This document shows positions 1 to 14,234 of a stretch of 64,000 nucleotides of DNA, piece by piece. The translations under genes and the position numbers were made by a program. The notes under the pieces were generated by a model, which searched no databases, was not told the origin of the DNA, and saw nothing but the letters and a program-made list of their open reading frames with translations. Position 1 is the first letter of the stretch. Every line of letters begins with the position of its first letter. Source of the stretch: Cycas panzhihuaensis (Eukaryota; Plantae; Cycadophyta); NCBI GenBank assembly GCA_023213395.1, contig CM041465.1, forward strand, positions 178,629,741 through 178,693,740. Direction: 5' to 3'.

Positions 1-573
1 ATCGCCACTAAGATCTATTGCATTCTTGCAACTAGTTACAGAAATCAAAACTTAAAATTACATGCAAGTTCTAAAATCAGAGATTATATAATAACATAAA
101 AATGAAAGCTAAACATCACATATGCACTTGATATAACATGGTAAAACCCTAGCAGTGTGCTAGGGAAACATCCACACAGGAAAGGTATCGATCTTTATTG
201 CTGTAGAATGGAGAAACAGTACATCTTAGTAGGAGAGCACTCTCAGGAACAACAACCAGCCACTACCCTCTTCATAGTACATTACATTATATATAACATA
301 ATAAGAAAATTCCTAAAATGGGCTACATGAGAGGGACATCCAATGCATGAATCTCAACCATAGAATCTAGGGTATTTGTATCAAATGACCCAGATTCCTT
401 TTACATTTTAATATGGTTTACGGGGCTAATTTTTCAGGTCGGGGGCTATCACCTACTAAGCCCCTCTTAGTGAGGGGGCATTCCACGCCCCCCACACCCC
501 TCAGCCAAGGGTGGCTCTCACCCTCCTTGGAACCCCTTGAGAAATATTAGGGGGGGAAACTGCATCGAAAACA
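1..573 (-). mobile_element. LTR (partial, runs off window) of a younger LTR retrotransposon
   Basis: On the minus strand it begins TGTTTTCGATGCAGTTTCCCC at 573. GC-richer U3-like segment at 420-560, with an abrupt compositional switch at 573/574. Confidence 0.55.
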
Positions 574-618
574 TGCCAAACGTTTAGCCTTAAAATATTG
601 TTGTCACAATATCCAACA
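574..618 (-). mobile_element. First 45 bp of a second LTR inserted into the gypsy RNase H
   Basis: The minus-strand RNase H reading (RHYLIPKEFVIFTNHQVLKY) breaks at 619 and is followed by TGTTGGATATTGTGACAACA, a TG-initiated LTR-type end. Confidence 0.45.
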
Positions 619-3515
619 CATACTTCAATACTTGGTGATTAGTGAATATGACAAATTCCTTAGGTATGAGGTAATGCCTCAAAACTTGGACAATTGTATA
701 AAATTCTAAATCATAGGTTGAATACCTTCTTCTTACCTCATTAAGCTTCTCACTAAAAATACTATAGGTCTTTCTTCTTGGCTAAGCATTGCTCTAATTG
801 TAATATGTGAAGTATCATAATCAACCTCAAACAGTTTTTCAAAGTTTGATAGTACAAGAACTAGTGTCTTAGCTACCTTTTTCTTTAAGAGTTGGAAGTT
901 ATTCTCTACTTCCCTAGTCCATGTTAACTCCTTACCCTTCATACAATTTGTTAAGGGTACAACTATTCCACTAAAGTTTCTAATGAACTTTCTATAAAAC
1001 TAAGCCAAACCATGAAAACTTCTTATCTCTTTCACAGTCTTAGGTGTTGGCCAATCAATAATTGCCCTGATCTTCTCTTCATCTATTCGTAATCCCTTTT
1101 GTAAAATCACAAAGCCTAGAAATACTGAGCTCCATTGTATAAACTTACACTTCTTTATATTTGCATATAATTTCTCTCTCCTTAACACTTTAAGCACCAT
1201 CCTTAAGTGCATTAAGTACTCCTCCTTAGTCTTACTAAAAATAAGAATATCATCAAAATACACAACTACAAGCTTACTAATGAATAGTCGCAACATAATA
1301 TTCATCAATCTCATGAAAGTGCTTGGGGCATTTGAAATTTTGAATGGCCTAACTAGCCATTCATACAATTTATCCCCCATCATGAAGATTGTCTTCCACT
1401 TGTTCCCTTCACGAATTTAAATATGATGATACTCACTCTTGAAGTTAATCTTTGTAAAGTAGGAAGCACCTGCTAATACATCTAGCATATCATCCATATG
1501 AGATGTAGGGAACTAATATTTAATTATTATCTTGTTGATCACCCTGAAAACAACACACATTCACCATGAGCCATCTTTCTTTGGAGTCACTAATGTTGGA
1601 ACTGTACTGTGACTCACACTTTCTCTAACCATTCTCTTTTATACTAATTTATTGACTTGTCGATTTAACTCCTCGTTCTCCATTAGGATTAATTGATAAG
1701 CTACCTGGTTTGATAATCTTTACCCTAAGATTAGGTCAATTTGGTGTTGAATGTCTCTCATCGGTGGTAAGCCATCAGGTAACTTATATAGAATAACATC
1801 ATTGTATTCTTTTAATAACCCTATTACCTCACTTGGTATCTCTATGTTATCCTCCTTTATCTATCTTACCATTAAGGCATAATAAGTGTTAACCTTTTAC
1901 ATATGTTTCATGAATTCTTTGGCAGTCAACATGCTTTCTGCATGCCCTTCTTCTTTAAGTGGTAATAACCTCACCTCGACACCATTCTTCTAGAAAGTAT
2001 AAGTATTATTCTTATCATCATGAAATGCATTCCTATTATACTACCACAGTCTCCCTAATAATAAATGGCATGAATCCATCAAGATCATATTATACCATAT
2101 CCCATTCTAATATGGTTTTTCATCAACATTCACCTCATTTCTTTTTTTTTAATCAAGAAATATTGTATGGATATAGATATGCTTCACAACTTAATCTAAA
2201 TTTTTTTACCATTTCATTAGAGACCATATTCTCACAACTACCATAATTAATTATAACTTTGCATACCTTTCCTCCTGTAGTATATCTTATCCTAAAAATA
2301 TTATTTCATAACCATGAATCATCATTTATCTTTGTCTTTCCTTTGTCTTATATGGGTTGTCATCCAGGTGCTATCATGGTTCTTTGAAGCATTAAACTCT
2401 CACCTTCATCTGCTATGACTCCTTTATTATCATCTTCATTCTGGGCTAAGTTCATCCTTAGATGGTCTTCTTGCCTTCTAGATTATTCCTTATGGTAATG
2501 AGGATATTCAAATACCTTGTGCCCTTCTTCCCCACATCTAAAACAATAAAAGGTCTCTTCCATCCTCTTCCACCACCAAAATCTCTACGTCGTTGGGCTC
2601 CTAAAAATCCTATTTCTCTAAGTTGGTTCTAAGCTCCTCGCCCTCCTTGCATTTTGCCCTACCTCTCAACTTCTTGTCCTTCCATGCTATTAGATGATTC
2701 TCCTCTTACATAGGGGATTTCTCCTCTACCTTTATACAAAGGTGATGAACCTCTTCTCATCATACAGGGTCTTTGAGTAATATGTCTATTTATCTTCTCT
2801 TTTGCATTCAATGCTAATTGATATGCATCTTCCATGCTTTTAACTCTATGTATGCTAAGTTCATCTTGAATTAAAAACTTTAAACCATTTATATACCTTG
2901 CAATAACTTGTTCATCTGTCTCCTCATGTTCCACATGAATGGAAAGTGTATAGAACTTATCTATATAATCTTATATTATTATTTCTTTTTGCTTTAAGTT
3001 CTGAAGAGGGTTTGAGAATAGTCAATTAGTAGAAACTTCTCTTTTAACTTCCTTACCATTTTGGTCCATGTTCTAATCTTTTCTTTGCCTTTATTTACAA
3101 TCTCCTTCTATAAGTGATCCCACCAAATAGTTGCATGTCTCTTTAACTTCATGTATATAAACTTTTCCTTCTTTTCTTCAATTATTCTCTTCTATTTGAA
3201 GAACTTATCCGTGGAATTTAGCCAATTTACTAACTCTGTTGGTTTTAAATTCCCTTGGTAATCTAGAATGTCAATCTTAATTCCATCACTCTCATCTTCA
3301 AGTACTTTTAAAAATCTTTCTTCTATTATCTATGGTTCTTGTGGCTCATCCTCTTTGAATCTTGTATCATCATCACTTAATTCTTCTTCTTTATTAGTAT
3401 TTCCTATGTGCCCTTTTCTTAATACTACAGTAGCAAGCTATTCCATTCTTCTCTATAACTCCCACAAGTTTATGTTCATTTTAGCATAGTTTATTCTTCC
3501 TCCTCTTCCTGTCAT
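619..3515 (-). pseudogene. gag-pol pseudogene of CRM-like element 1
   Basis: ATG at 3515. Gag, zinc-knuckle, protease, RT and RNase H fragments lie in order, with many stops and frameshifts. Confidence 0.85.
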
Positions 3516-3719
3516 TTTTGGCTGCTCTTCTCTTTGCCTAACCACTTTGAGTCTCAAAGATTCTCTTGTAAGCTTTTTGCAAGGCTTCTAAGCCCTAACG
3601 AGTACTTCCTTATCCTTTCAATAGAAATACTCTACAACCTATATAGTCTCTTCAACAACTATCTACTACAATACCTCAAACTTTTATGGTTTCTTTTTTT
3701 AACCCTAGAGCTGAACCAT

Positions 3720-3731
3720 GCTCTGATACTA
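3720..3731 (-). promoter_or_regulatory. Primer binding site (tRNA-iMet), one mismatch
   Basis: Minus strand TAGTATCAGAGC vs consensus TGGTATCAGAGC, 2 nt from the LTR end. Confidence 0.85.
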
Positions 3732-3733
3732 GA

Positions 3734-4345
3734 TGATGAGGGTAGCCTATAAGGAAAAGATTCTATCTCACATGTACCAAACCTAAAAATAAGAAAGAGC
3801 TAAAAAAAAAAAAAAGTTTAAAGAATAGAGAGAGTCATTTTTACTTCAAATTCCATTCCATTCCATTCAAATCTACCAAAAGATTGTCTGAAATTACATT
3901 TATATAAGTAAAAGAAAGAATTTTAGAAACTTCTAACCTTAATCCTAAAAACTATTCAATTATGTAAAATACTATGTAATTCCATATTTCTCAGTTAATT
4001 CCTACTAAGAAAAGCTAGACCACTAAGAGTCATTAAATAAAAATGGAAACTAGTCTAAAATTAACTACTATTTTTAGATATATAAATAAATCTTAATTTT
4101 TAGGTATTTTTGGAGCATTTTTGGGTAGGCAAATATCGAGCCTATTATGGGCCTTTGGCCCTATCCTACACCATTTTTACCTCTTCTTCTTGGATAGATC
4201 TCTGATTTAGCACTAGAATGACTGAATTTTGACCACTGAGTCAAAAGTTATGCTTCAATTAATAGACCCTAAAATTTAGAGCAAATTAACTAAAAAGGTG
4301 AAAAATAAATAGAGTTATGATGAAGGTCTAGATGCTCCTGTATCA
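3734..4345 (-). repeat. 5' LTR of CRM-like element 1
   Basis: TGATG...TATCA termini. PBS lies on one side; copia RT coding sequence resumes immediately after 4345. Confidence 0.8.
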
Positions 4346-7170
4346 TGAGTATATTTGGACCATGATACAAAAATGTTATCACCCTTCTACCAAATCTCTA
4401 AACCAAGCCAATAATATGTAGCATCAAGATTTGACATCTCAAAAGCATTGCATAACTACTTTTTGAGAGAGCCAATATAAAGAGTATCATTGTCAGTAAT
4501 GAAGAGATTATCAACATAAAGTGTAATAATAAGAAGCTTAACATCCAAGTGTCTCATATATAGATTGTAATCATATTTGTATCTAGTGAATCCAAGTGAA
4601 GTAAGATAGCCCTGAATGCGTGAGTACCATACTCTTAATACTTATTTAAGCCCATAAAGAGTTTTCTTTAGTCTGCAAACAAGATGCTATTGCTCAACCT
4701 TTATAAAACCTCTAAGCTACTCCATATAGACATCTTTATCAAGAATTCCATGGACTGTAAAAAGAACATATGTAATAAAAGCATGTTTAGAGGTTCCAGA
4801 GAATTTACAAAGTCTATTCTCTTCAAAACCCTTAGCTATAATAACATATTTTTTCTTGATATAATACATAATTGTATTAAAAACTACTTCTAATTATTGT
4901 TTAATTATATCACTAGAAGAAAGCAAGTTATATTTGTAAGGGAGTATATAGTAAACATATGAGACTTTATACACCCCACTATTAGGTTGATTAAATGATA
5001 TAATACTTCGACCAAAGGCCTTACAATGATTATTGTAAGCAAGAACAATCAAAGAAGAGAATTCTCCATTTATTTCATTAAACCAATTCTTATGAGGGAT
5101 GATATACTTTGATGCTTTAAAATCTGAGTACCAAAAATATGATACGAATGCATGAATAACCAACACATTAGGTTTGTTATCTATTGTTAACATGGGTGTA
5201 AATGTTAATGTAGATGCAAGCGTTATCTTCTTGTATTTCTTCTTCTTCTAACAATTCTTTCTAAGATGACTCTTCTTATTGTAGTAATAATAAGATATGT
5301 CTTTTTTAGGCTTGTTAGTATTTTTATTATGAGGAGGTTGTGAGGCATTCTTAGGAGGGTCCTTATAGCCCTTGTTTTTTTATATAGTTGTGAACACCGG
5401 AGTACTGCCACTACTTGGGTACCTACCTATCATTCACTTCTTATGTAGGAATAGCTCAATAAATTTATTAAATGATAAGGGATTTACTATTTTAGTCAAA
5501 CAAAGACTAGTTACAAAAATATGCTAGCCTTCATGTAGGTTATTCAAGATGATGCTAACTAGTTCCTTATTTGTTATAGTTTTATCTATTATGATAAGTT
5601 GATCTCTAATCTCCTTCAATTTTTACACATGTAAGGAGATAAAGTCTTTAGTGAACATCTTATAAGAATATAAAAGACTTCTTAGGTACAAAATGCAAGT
5701 CTTATATTTTACTTCAAAAAGGTCTTTTAAAGTCTATTGCGCTTCAAATATTAAGTCTTTACCTTGCAAATGTGTGATGAAATCATTTACCACTAATAAA
5801 CCAATGGTAGCTAAACCCTCTTGGTTGTGATCCTCCCAATTAAATATGTCTTTATTTGTCACTGCAACAGTGGTCACCATCCTAGTTATTATAGCTAGTT
5901 TTGATTCAGTTCCTTCAATAATCTTTGTCCGTCTTTTTAAAGGCAAAATGTTGGAAATCTTGAATTTTTAAATTCTATAATTTTTTAAATTTAATTTACG
6001 TAAATTAAGTAATATTTAGCTTGAAATATTCACACTTGATATTTTTAAAGAAAGATAAAAAAAAATTAAGAAAAATAAATAAATAAAATAAAACTATAGA
6101 TGTGAGTTTTATAAGCTAATTCAGAGGCTATAAAATCTTGCACAGTGTTTAACTTTCAACACTAATTCAAAATAATTTTTAGAATGACCAAAACATAAAT
6201 TAGGTTTTTAACTTAGAAAGTGTAATACATTAAAAAATAAATATTAACAAAAATCATTCTAATTTCAATAAAACTTTAGAATATTATAAAGAATTTATAA
6301 AAATTTCTAAAAATAAAGTTAAAGTTTTTCAAATGATGACAACCCATCTAAGGAGCAATTTGATGTTTCTCATTAAATATTACTCTAAATGCTATAAAAT
6401 TAGAAAACCACTTAGAGTTTAAGTAGATGAAGACAATGCAAAAATAATTTTTAGAAAAAAACTAAAAATCAGAGGAGATATAAGCAACTAAATTTGCAAA
6501 AAAAAAAAAGAATTATAAAACAGTTTTGATAAGCTGACTTCAATTTACTCCAGGAAGCTTGTTTTAGTTTTGAATTTCATAAAAATTAAAATGGATCTGC
6601 ATAACTATCAGATAAAAGTCCCTAAAAAAAAAAAAATCAAAAAAAAATATGGAATAGAAGATATCTAAGCTGTTGAAATCAAGAAAAATATTTTACCATT
6701 AAGAGAAGTGGAACGATCTTATTTATGCTCAAATTTTGATGAATTTAGGTAAATAATGGCTTAAAATAGGGGTTTTCAACTCTTATGAGCACATTAATGA
6801 TAATACTTTTAGCTTATTTGATGATTTGTACTCTCAAATAAATAAAAGATAGTCTAAAAATTATCAAAACTAAGAAATCTTAATATGGTTGTGTCTAAAA
6901 CTTGTAAAATAGAATGTATAATAGTATAGAACATTGCCCAAGAGTACCCAACATCGACAAGCATGAATTTTTTAGTTCCAATATGAAGAAAATGGCACAA
7001 AACAACCTCTAAAAGTAGTGATAAATGTATTAACAATAATGGATATATACAAAAGAAAATCACAAGACTTTTAGTAATCTAAAAGTATTTCATAAGCATA
7101 GAACAAACTTGGGTTTAAAACTATGTTAGAATAAGAGATTAAAAATAAATGGGCTATAGAAAACAAATAA
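4346..7170 (-). mobile_element. Old Ty1/copia element A (gag, protease, RT; integrase deleted; long AT-rich leader; LTR stub 7124-7170)
   Basis: Minus-strand RT LVCRLKKTLYGLK..VWY and FEMSNLD..YYWLGLEI (4346-4760); protease WYSDFKASKY (4894-5193); gag remnants 5200-5950; highly decayed PBS near 7112-7123 followed by TGTTAGA. Confidence 0.75.
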
Positions 7171-7784
7171 TACATAGGGAGGAAATCTCTTTAGTAATAT
7201 AAATATGTAAATAGAATAATATATGTTAAAGAAAATAGAACCAAACTCTCCACAAGAATACTTTTACAAATTTCTAGCTTTCCATCAAAAAACTAAAATC
7301 TAAGCATTTTTATAATATATAAGTATACAAATTTATAGCATTTAGCCATACAAAAATCCTAGTTGTTATTTCCTAAAATTAAAAAACAAAACTTAGAATG
7401 AAAAAGCCTCTAGATCTAAAACTTTCTATTTTTAATAAGTTTTTGAAAGTGTTTCAAATCACATAAAAATTGACTCATGGGTAGTTAAACATATCATAGG
7501 TCCTATAGAAACTCTAATAAAGGAAAACTAATTTTCTAACTAAGAAAATTGATACCTATAAATTTTTATAACATTTTTAAAAAATATAAACTAAAATTTT
7601 AGGCAATTGGATGACATATTTTTGGTTTGAAATTGATTCACAATATTCACAAAGTAGTAGTATTACTTTAGAGCCTATGTATTTTTTTGAGACAGTCATT
7701 TTGATATATGATAGTTCATACTTTCGATCATATAAAAGTGACTTATGCCATTTCTAGTAACATTTTCTAGATGTTCCTACATCA
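7171..7784 (-). repeat. 3' LTR of CRM-like element 2
   Basis: Aligns by eye with 27171-27660. Preceded on the minus strand by PPT AAGTAGGGCAGGA and starts TGATGTAGG at 7784. Confidence 0.8.
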
Positions 7785-8519
7785 TCCTGCCCTACTTGAA
7801 AATAACTTAGCTACTATGAGTTGTTATGCTAGAACTCTTACCACTTATTTATGTTGAATTTTTTAAGTTCACTTTTAGAAATCCAAACGTTATCCTCTTA
7901 TTATAACTCCTATCAAACCAAATACTTGTCATATCTATTTTATCTTGTATAAATCATTTTCTTGTTTAATACCTACTCAATTTCTTCTCTCTTCATCTCA
8001 GGTATTTGTTATCTCTAATTTGCCCACTCTATTTCTTCTTCTTCTTTATGAAAAGAATATAAATCAAAATATTAAAAATAAATGAAATGTTAAGGTCATC
8101 AGATAGATTTAGCTCATAAGCATTGTCATTGATTTTTTTATATTTCAATTTATTGTATGTGGCTTGAGAAATCTATCCTTCCTTAAGTACACCATCACCA
8201 AATCCCCCTTTATAAATATCTTGTTTCCTCTACTAAGATCTATTATTACTTTATATTTGTCATTATTATTCTATAACTTTCTCTTTACCTCATCATGCAT
8301 CTGTTGTATATTTCAACAAAGGCTTATGCATCATCATTAATCCTATCTTTAATGGGCAACTGGGCTAAATCTAATACTCCCTTTGGATTCCTTCTATATA
8401 TAATCTAGAATGGTGACTTACCTATGGATCTATTCATAGAACTGTTATAGGCAAATTCAGTCTGTGCTAATGTCAAATCCCATTACTTAGGTTTCTCTCC
8501 AACAATACACCTTAACAAG
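7785..8519 (-). pseudogene. Integrase C-terminus, chromodomain-like tail and PPT of CRM-like element 2
   Basis: LLRCIVGEKPK*WDLTLAQTEFAYNSS..RS.GKSPF. Tail EIE.VLNKK..TR..YDKYLV....EDNVWISKSELKK at ~7850-7990. Confidence 0.8.
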
Positions 8520-8816
8520 TATTAGAGTGGTTATTTAATCAACTAATGTTAAATGTGGCATGAATATTATAGAGATTAAAGTGATGTAAAATAATATTGT
8601 ATTAAAACTAATGTAGGCTAATGAATGTTCACTTAAGGATCTATTTAAAGAGATACATAATCCATTGTAAAATATCTTTTATACCAATGTAATCAAATTA
8701 TTTTGTGTTGGGTTTTTACCAAAAGGTTTTCCACATAATTCTATTATAGTGTGTGCTTGCATCCTTCATGCTTGTTAGGTACATCTATATCATGTTTTGT
8801 ATATTTATTTCTAATA
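8520..8816 (+). repeat. 5' LTR of copia B
   Basis: TATTAGAGTGG...CTAATA (TG/CA termini decayed); the first ~113 bp match 14235-14348. Confidence 0.88.
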
Positions 8817-8828
8817 TGGTATCAGAGC
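8817..8828 (+). promoter_or_regulatory. Primer binding site (tRNA-iMet)
   Basis: Exact TGGTATCAGAGC. Confidence 0.95.
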
Positions 8829-10192
8829 ATATGATCATGTACAAAGAAAGCAAGTGTTAGATGAAGTGATCAGGTTATAGGTTGTTGGGTAGTGCTAGTA
8901 TAACCCTTCATTGAGGATCAATCTTCTCTAACAATTGGCAGATCAGTCATGATTATGAAATGGTTATTTTTTTAGCAATGCAGGTGTCTTCTCTATGGTC
9001 ACATTTGTTTTATAGGTAAGTTATCCCCATATTTGTGCCATTACATTGATTTCTAGAGGTGATAAAAAAGGCAATAAGAGACTATCATTCTTATATATGT
9101 TTGATGAGTTATCTATCATCTATTAAGGACAGTATACTTGTTGTAATATAACCAACTTTAGAGAGTCAAGTTGTCATATACGCAAGTTATTAAGACTCTA
9201 TTACTACAGAAAGGATGTAGACATAGAAGATGTATACATAGTATAGATGAGGACAAAATTGGAGAAGATATTGATGCTAGCTTATTATCACTTGTATTGC
9301 CTACCATGTATTATTAGTTGCCACTAAACTAGAGAACATAGATTCATAGATATAATCACCTCACATAGGTTGAGTTATCATGGTTGTTGTTTATTAAGTT
9401 TTTCCAGATCAATAATTATTAAAGTTATAGTCTAGTTGAAGTCAAAAAATCATTTCATAGCCTAATTTATGTTGTCATAAGTAGTAAATAAGCTACGATT
9501 GCTGCATCCATTGAGCCACACCCCTGTTCAGTCACCAACCATCAATTGTGTAGGATGTAACATTTATGTTGGAGTCTCTTGCCACTGAAGATGTAAACTT
9601 TGTCACTGGTTAATATCATAAATAGAGGAGATATTAATACTAAGATGTTTTGTATTATGTGAGGAATTCGTAGATGAAGATATGCTTCACATATTTTCCA
9701 TTAAAGTTAAGGAGAGCCATAGTTGAATAAATATAAGGAATATCATTATATTAAGGTGCATCTCTTAATATATATGATTTATATTTCATTTTTTTATCTT
9801 ACTTTTACTATGTTTGAGGTTTTACAGTAAAGTGGAGACATCTTGATGTATGAATAAGGTACATGACCTTTTTTTATTATCTTTATTTATGATGATTTTG
9901 GTACACCTGGTAGTTGCTTGATTGACTATTGTATTAGTAGGATATATATTATTATCAGGTTGACGTTGTTCATGTTTTAAAGCTTCGTCTCAAAATAGTG
10001 GTATTTATTTTATTAAAATCAGACTTATAAGTATTCCGTGAAGCCTTTTTGTTGAATTGTTTATGGGCTCATAAGTGTGTGTTTAACTACTTTATTAAGA
10101 CACTACATTTTATTTTTGAACTAGCTATTTGAACTCTATTTTTTAAAGGGATATAGCCTGTGTAGAGTTCCTATGTTTGTCTATTTTTCATC

Positions 10193-13100
10193 ATGGAAAA
10201 GTTAGTTCCCTTGGTCATTTTCAATGGGAATAACTTTAATGAATGGAAGACAAACATGGAATTGGCCCTAATAGTGAACCAACTTTAGGGCATTGCTAAA
10301 TTTGAAATGTTGGTTTTTCCTTTGGATGAGAAAGAGTGTATTAGGATAGAGAAGAAATAATTCATAATTGTGGGTTTACTTAAGTTATCTTTGGCTCTAG
10401 ACTAGATAATTTTAGTCTACAACCTTAAATCCACTCATGAGATCTAGAAAAAGCTATGTAAGATGTTTGAGAAGAAGAAAACTAATCATTGTATTACCCT
10501 TATGATAGAGTTGTTGAACTCAACTATTGAGGATGAGAATAACATAAGTGCACACATGAATAAGATCACTAATTTGAGGAACAAGTTGTAAGAATTGAAG
10601 ACAAACTCAATTGATGATACACTACTCTTTGCAATTATTATGTTAAAATTGCCAGCCATATTTAAAACCTTCCAGACTATCTATACAAGAGATAAAGTTA
10701 TGGAGAGTGAGTCATTTGAGTCATTGAAGAACATGATCCTAGCCAAGGATACCAAGTTGAAGCATGATAGAATGTTTTTTGGTTTGGAATCAAATCAAGC
10801 CTTTGTAATGAAGATACAAAGGAAAGATGTTGTCTATAAGGTTAAATCCACATAGAAAATATAATAGACATCTTGGGAGAAGAAGAAGTTTACAAGCAAG
10901 TGTAATTACTGCATGAAAGAAGGCCATAAAGAGAAGAAGGTTTTTGTTCAAAAAGCAGGACAAGCATAAAACTAGCTAAAATTACAAGGGAAAGAGTGTA
11001 GTAACATATTGTATTAGGGTATCAATGTTGTTAATTGAGTCAAATCAGAAAGATTATTAGATCCTAAACCATAGAGCGCAGAAACACATCACCTATCACA
11101 AACAAAACTTTGATTCCTTGAATACAGGTTCGAGTGATGTTAATGTCATTCTTAGAGATGCATGTGTATCATTTATGGAAGTTGTTAATTCTATTTTGCT
11201 TACAAGAGATAAGTTCAATGGAGTTTATTATGTGCCTAAGACAAAAATTAATCTTCTTTTTGCCCAAGAAATCTATAAACAAGGTATGAAAATTAAGCTT
11301 AGTAAGAATAGATGAATAGTTAAGAATCGTTAAAAAAACTCCTCTATCATTGCTATTGGGAAAGTTCAAGATATATTTTATATGTTTGAGAAATTTAGAG
11401 CCCAAAAGGAATCTTATGTTTTTGTTATTAATGTTGATAATGTGAGCAAGCTATGGCATGAGTGTCTTGGGCATCTTAACTATAAGAGCATCAACCTTAT
11501 GAATAAGTTGAAGATGGTGGTATGTCTACCATAGATCCCATGTTCAAAAAGCATTTGTGAAGGATATATATATAAGAAACACCATCGTTATCCTTTTGCT
11601 AGGGATTATGCTCAGAGAGTAAAGAAAAAGTTAGAAGTTGTACATACTAATTTGATGAGGCCATTATCAAATCCTTCTATATCAGGCACTTATTTTGTTC
11701 TTATATTTGTAGATGATTATAGCAAGAAAGCTTGGGTCTTCTTCTTGAAAAATAAGTGTAAAGTATTTGATTACTTTCATGAATAGGAAGTTTGAGTCGA
11801 GAATGAGAGTGAGAAGAAAGTAAAGATTTTGAGAAGTGACAATAGAAAAGAGTGTGATAATAATACCTTTAATCAATTATGCCTTAATCATGGTATCAAA
11901 TGAGAACTAATCATCCTATATACCTTATAATAAAATAGTGTTTCAGAGAGAAAGAATCATACCATAATAGAGATGGCAAGGTATATAGTGTCTACAATGA
12001 ATCTACCACCAATGTTTTAGGTAGAAGTTGTTGTGAGAATTGTTTATATTCTGAATAAAGTATCTGCTAAAGCTGTTCATAGCATTACTCCCAAGGAGTA
12101 TTAGACTAATTAAAAACTTTCCATTAATTATTTTAAGGTATTTGGGTGTATTACATATGTACACATTCTAGATACATATTAAAAAAAGTTAGATCATAAG
12201 AGTTTAAAGTGTATCTTCATGCGGTACTTAAAAGAGAATAAAGCTTACAGACTTTGGGATCCATAAGGGAAAAATCTTTTAGTTAGCCAGGATGTTAAGT
12301 TTGATGAGTCAATGATGTATCATACTAAGAGGTCATCTAAAAATATATTTAATCTTCTAGTTCTTCCATTTCTGAGCCAAGTTTTAATAGGTGTAGAGGT
12401 CAAGTAACCAAACACTATGTCAAAAATAGAAGCTAGACCAAGTGGTAATAATATTGAGGAGATATTGTAATAGAAGACACGCACAACACCACGAGTTCCA
12501 TTATGGGCTAAGAGGACTATTAAGGAATCTAGTATAATAGTGGAAGATCTTGAAGATGGATGATGAATGAGAAGTCAACATATTAGTTAGACTTTGGTAG
12601 TGGACACCAACGATTCCAGTGATCTTATTTCGTATGAAGAAGAAAAATAAGATTTGCGATAAAGAGCTATTATGGAGAAGGAGTATAGTTCAATCATAAA
12701 AAATGACATATGGGATTTAGTTCCCTTACCTCCATCCAAGAACTTGGTTAGTTATAAATGGGTTTATAAGATGATGCTTCACTACAATGAAGAGGTAGAT
12801 AAGTACAAGGCTAGACTTGTTACGTAAGGGCTTAAACAGAAAGAAGGAATCGAGTATGATAAGACACTTGCATTAGTCTCTAGGATGATAATAGTTTGAT
12901 TGATTCTTGCTTTAGTAGTTACGTATAGTTAGGAGTTACTCTACATGGACGTGAAGTCAATATTCCTTAACAAAGACTTAAAATAGAAGATCTATATGGT
13001 TGAACCTCTTAGTTTCGTAAAGGAATGAAAACAACATTTAATGTATCATTTGAAGAAATCTTTCTATGACCTAAAATAAGCACCTCATACTTGGTATGAT

Positions 13101-14148
13101 AAGATAGATGCCAAATTGAAGGAGGATGGTTTTGTGATGATAGAATTGGAGTTGAGTCTATATATTCAAAAGAATAGAACTACAATAGTTGTTATTATGT
13201 TGTATGTAGATGAACTTGTTATTACAGACAATTATAATAAGACTATTATAACTATAAAATCCTATTTGGGACATACTTTTGAAATGATAGATCTCATGTC
13301 ATTTTATTACTTCTTGGGCATTGAAGTTAGGCAGATGGATGATGCCATCATGATGTCACAATCAAGGTATGTAGGAAACTTGCTTGAGAGATTTAAAATA
13401 AAGAATTGTAAACTAGTGAAGATACCATATATAAAGGACATAAAGCACCTAAAAGATATGAATATGCCAGGAATAGATAGGACTTTATATTGGCAATTAG
13501 TAGGGAGTTTGATTTATTTACTCATACTAGGCCTAATAATACTTATGTTGTTGGATTAATATCTCATTGTATGCAAAATCCATAAGGACCTCATTAAATT
13601 ACTATAAAGAGGATTCTAAAATATGTCAAGGGAACACCCAATCTTGGCTTTGAATGCTTTTGAGGTGGAGAGACAAATTTGCATAGGTATACTAATGTAT
13701 ATTAGGATGGAGATGTTGAAGATAAGAAATTAACTACTAGATACATTTTTGGCATTGGCAATGGGTTTATGTCATGGCAATCTAAAAAATAAACCACTAT
13801 TGTATTGTCTTCTATAGAGGTTGAATACCAAAGACTCAGTGTAGGTACAAGGGAAGTAGTATGGTTACAAGGACTTTTGGAGAATTTTGGAATATCTTAT
13901 AATGTACCTATTATACTTAATGACAATCATAGTGATATTTGAATCTTAAAGAATCTAGAATTTCATGCATATATAAAGCAAATAAAGATTCAACACTATT
14001 ACATCCATGAGAAGATTAGGTCAGGGAAGTTATAGATAGAATTTTGTCCAAGTGAAGAATAACTTATAGGTGTATTCACCAGAGCTCTTACTAAAGACCA
14101 CTTTATTGAGATTCATGCCAATTTGGGATTTAGTAAAGTTATCCTTAA
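10193..14148 (+). pseudogene. copia gag-pol pseudogene (element B)
   Basis: FNGNNFNEWK, zinc knuckle CNYCMKEGH, LWHECLGHLNY, integrase FVDDYSKKAW, RT MLYVDELVIT (ORF 13116-13559), RNase H end FTRAL. Confidence 0.88.
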
Positions 14149-14234
14149 GGGGGGATATATTAACAAGGATAAAGACAAATGATAATCTAGCCCTTCTAAA
14201 GACTTCAAAATCCTACATTTACATTAAGAGGGGA

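Larger units (their letters stand above)
619..4345 (-). mobile_element. Ty3/gypsy CRM-like element 1 (5' LTR, PBS, decayed gag-PR-RT-RH), interrupted at 619
   Basis: RT motifs LYEWLVRPF..SNAPSTFMRLM and VYFDDILIFS (ORF 1000-1383); RNase H LFEVDYDTSH (733-942); gag fragment 2659-2934; degenerate PBS at 3720-3731; TG..CA LTR at 3734-4345. Confidence 0.9.

Noticed and set aside
14144-14160. Second PPT-like AAGGGGGGA as the start of the 3' LTR
   Set aside because: Sequence matching the 5' LTR starts only after the PPT at 14225-14234.
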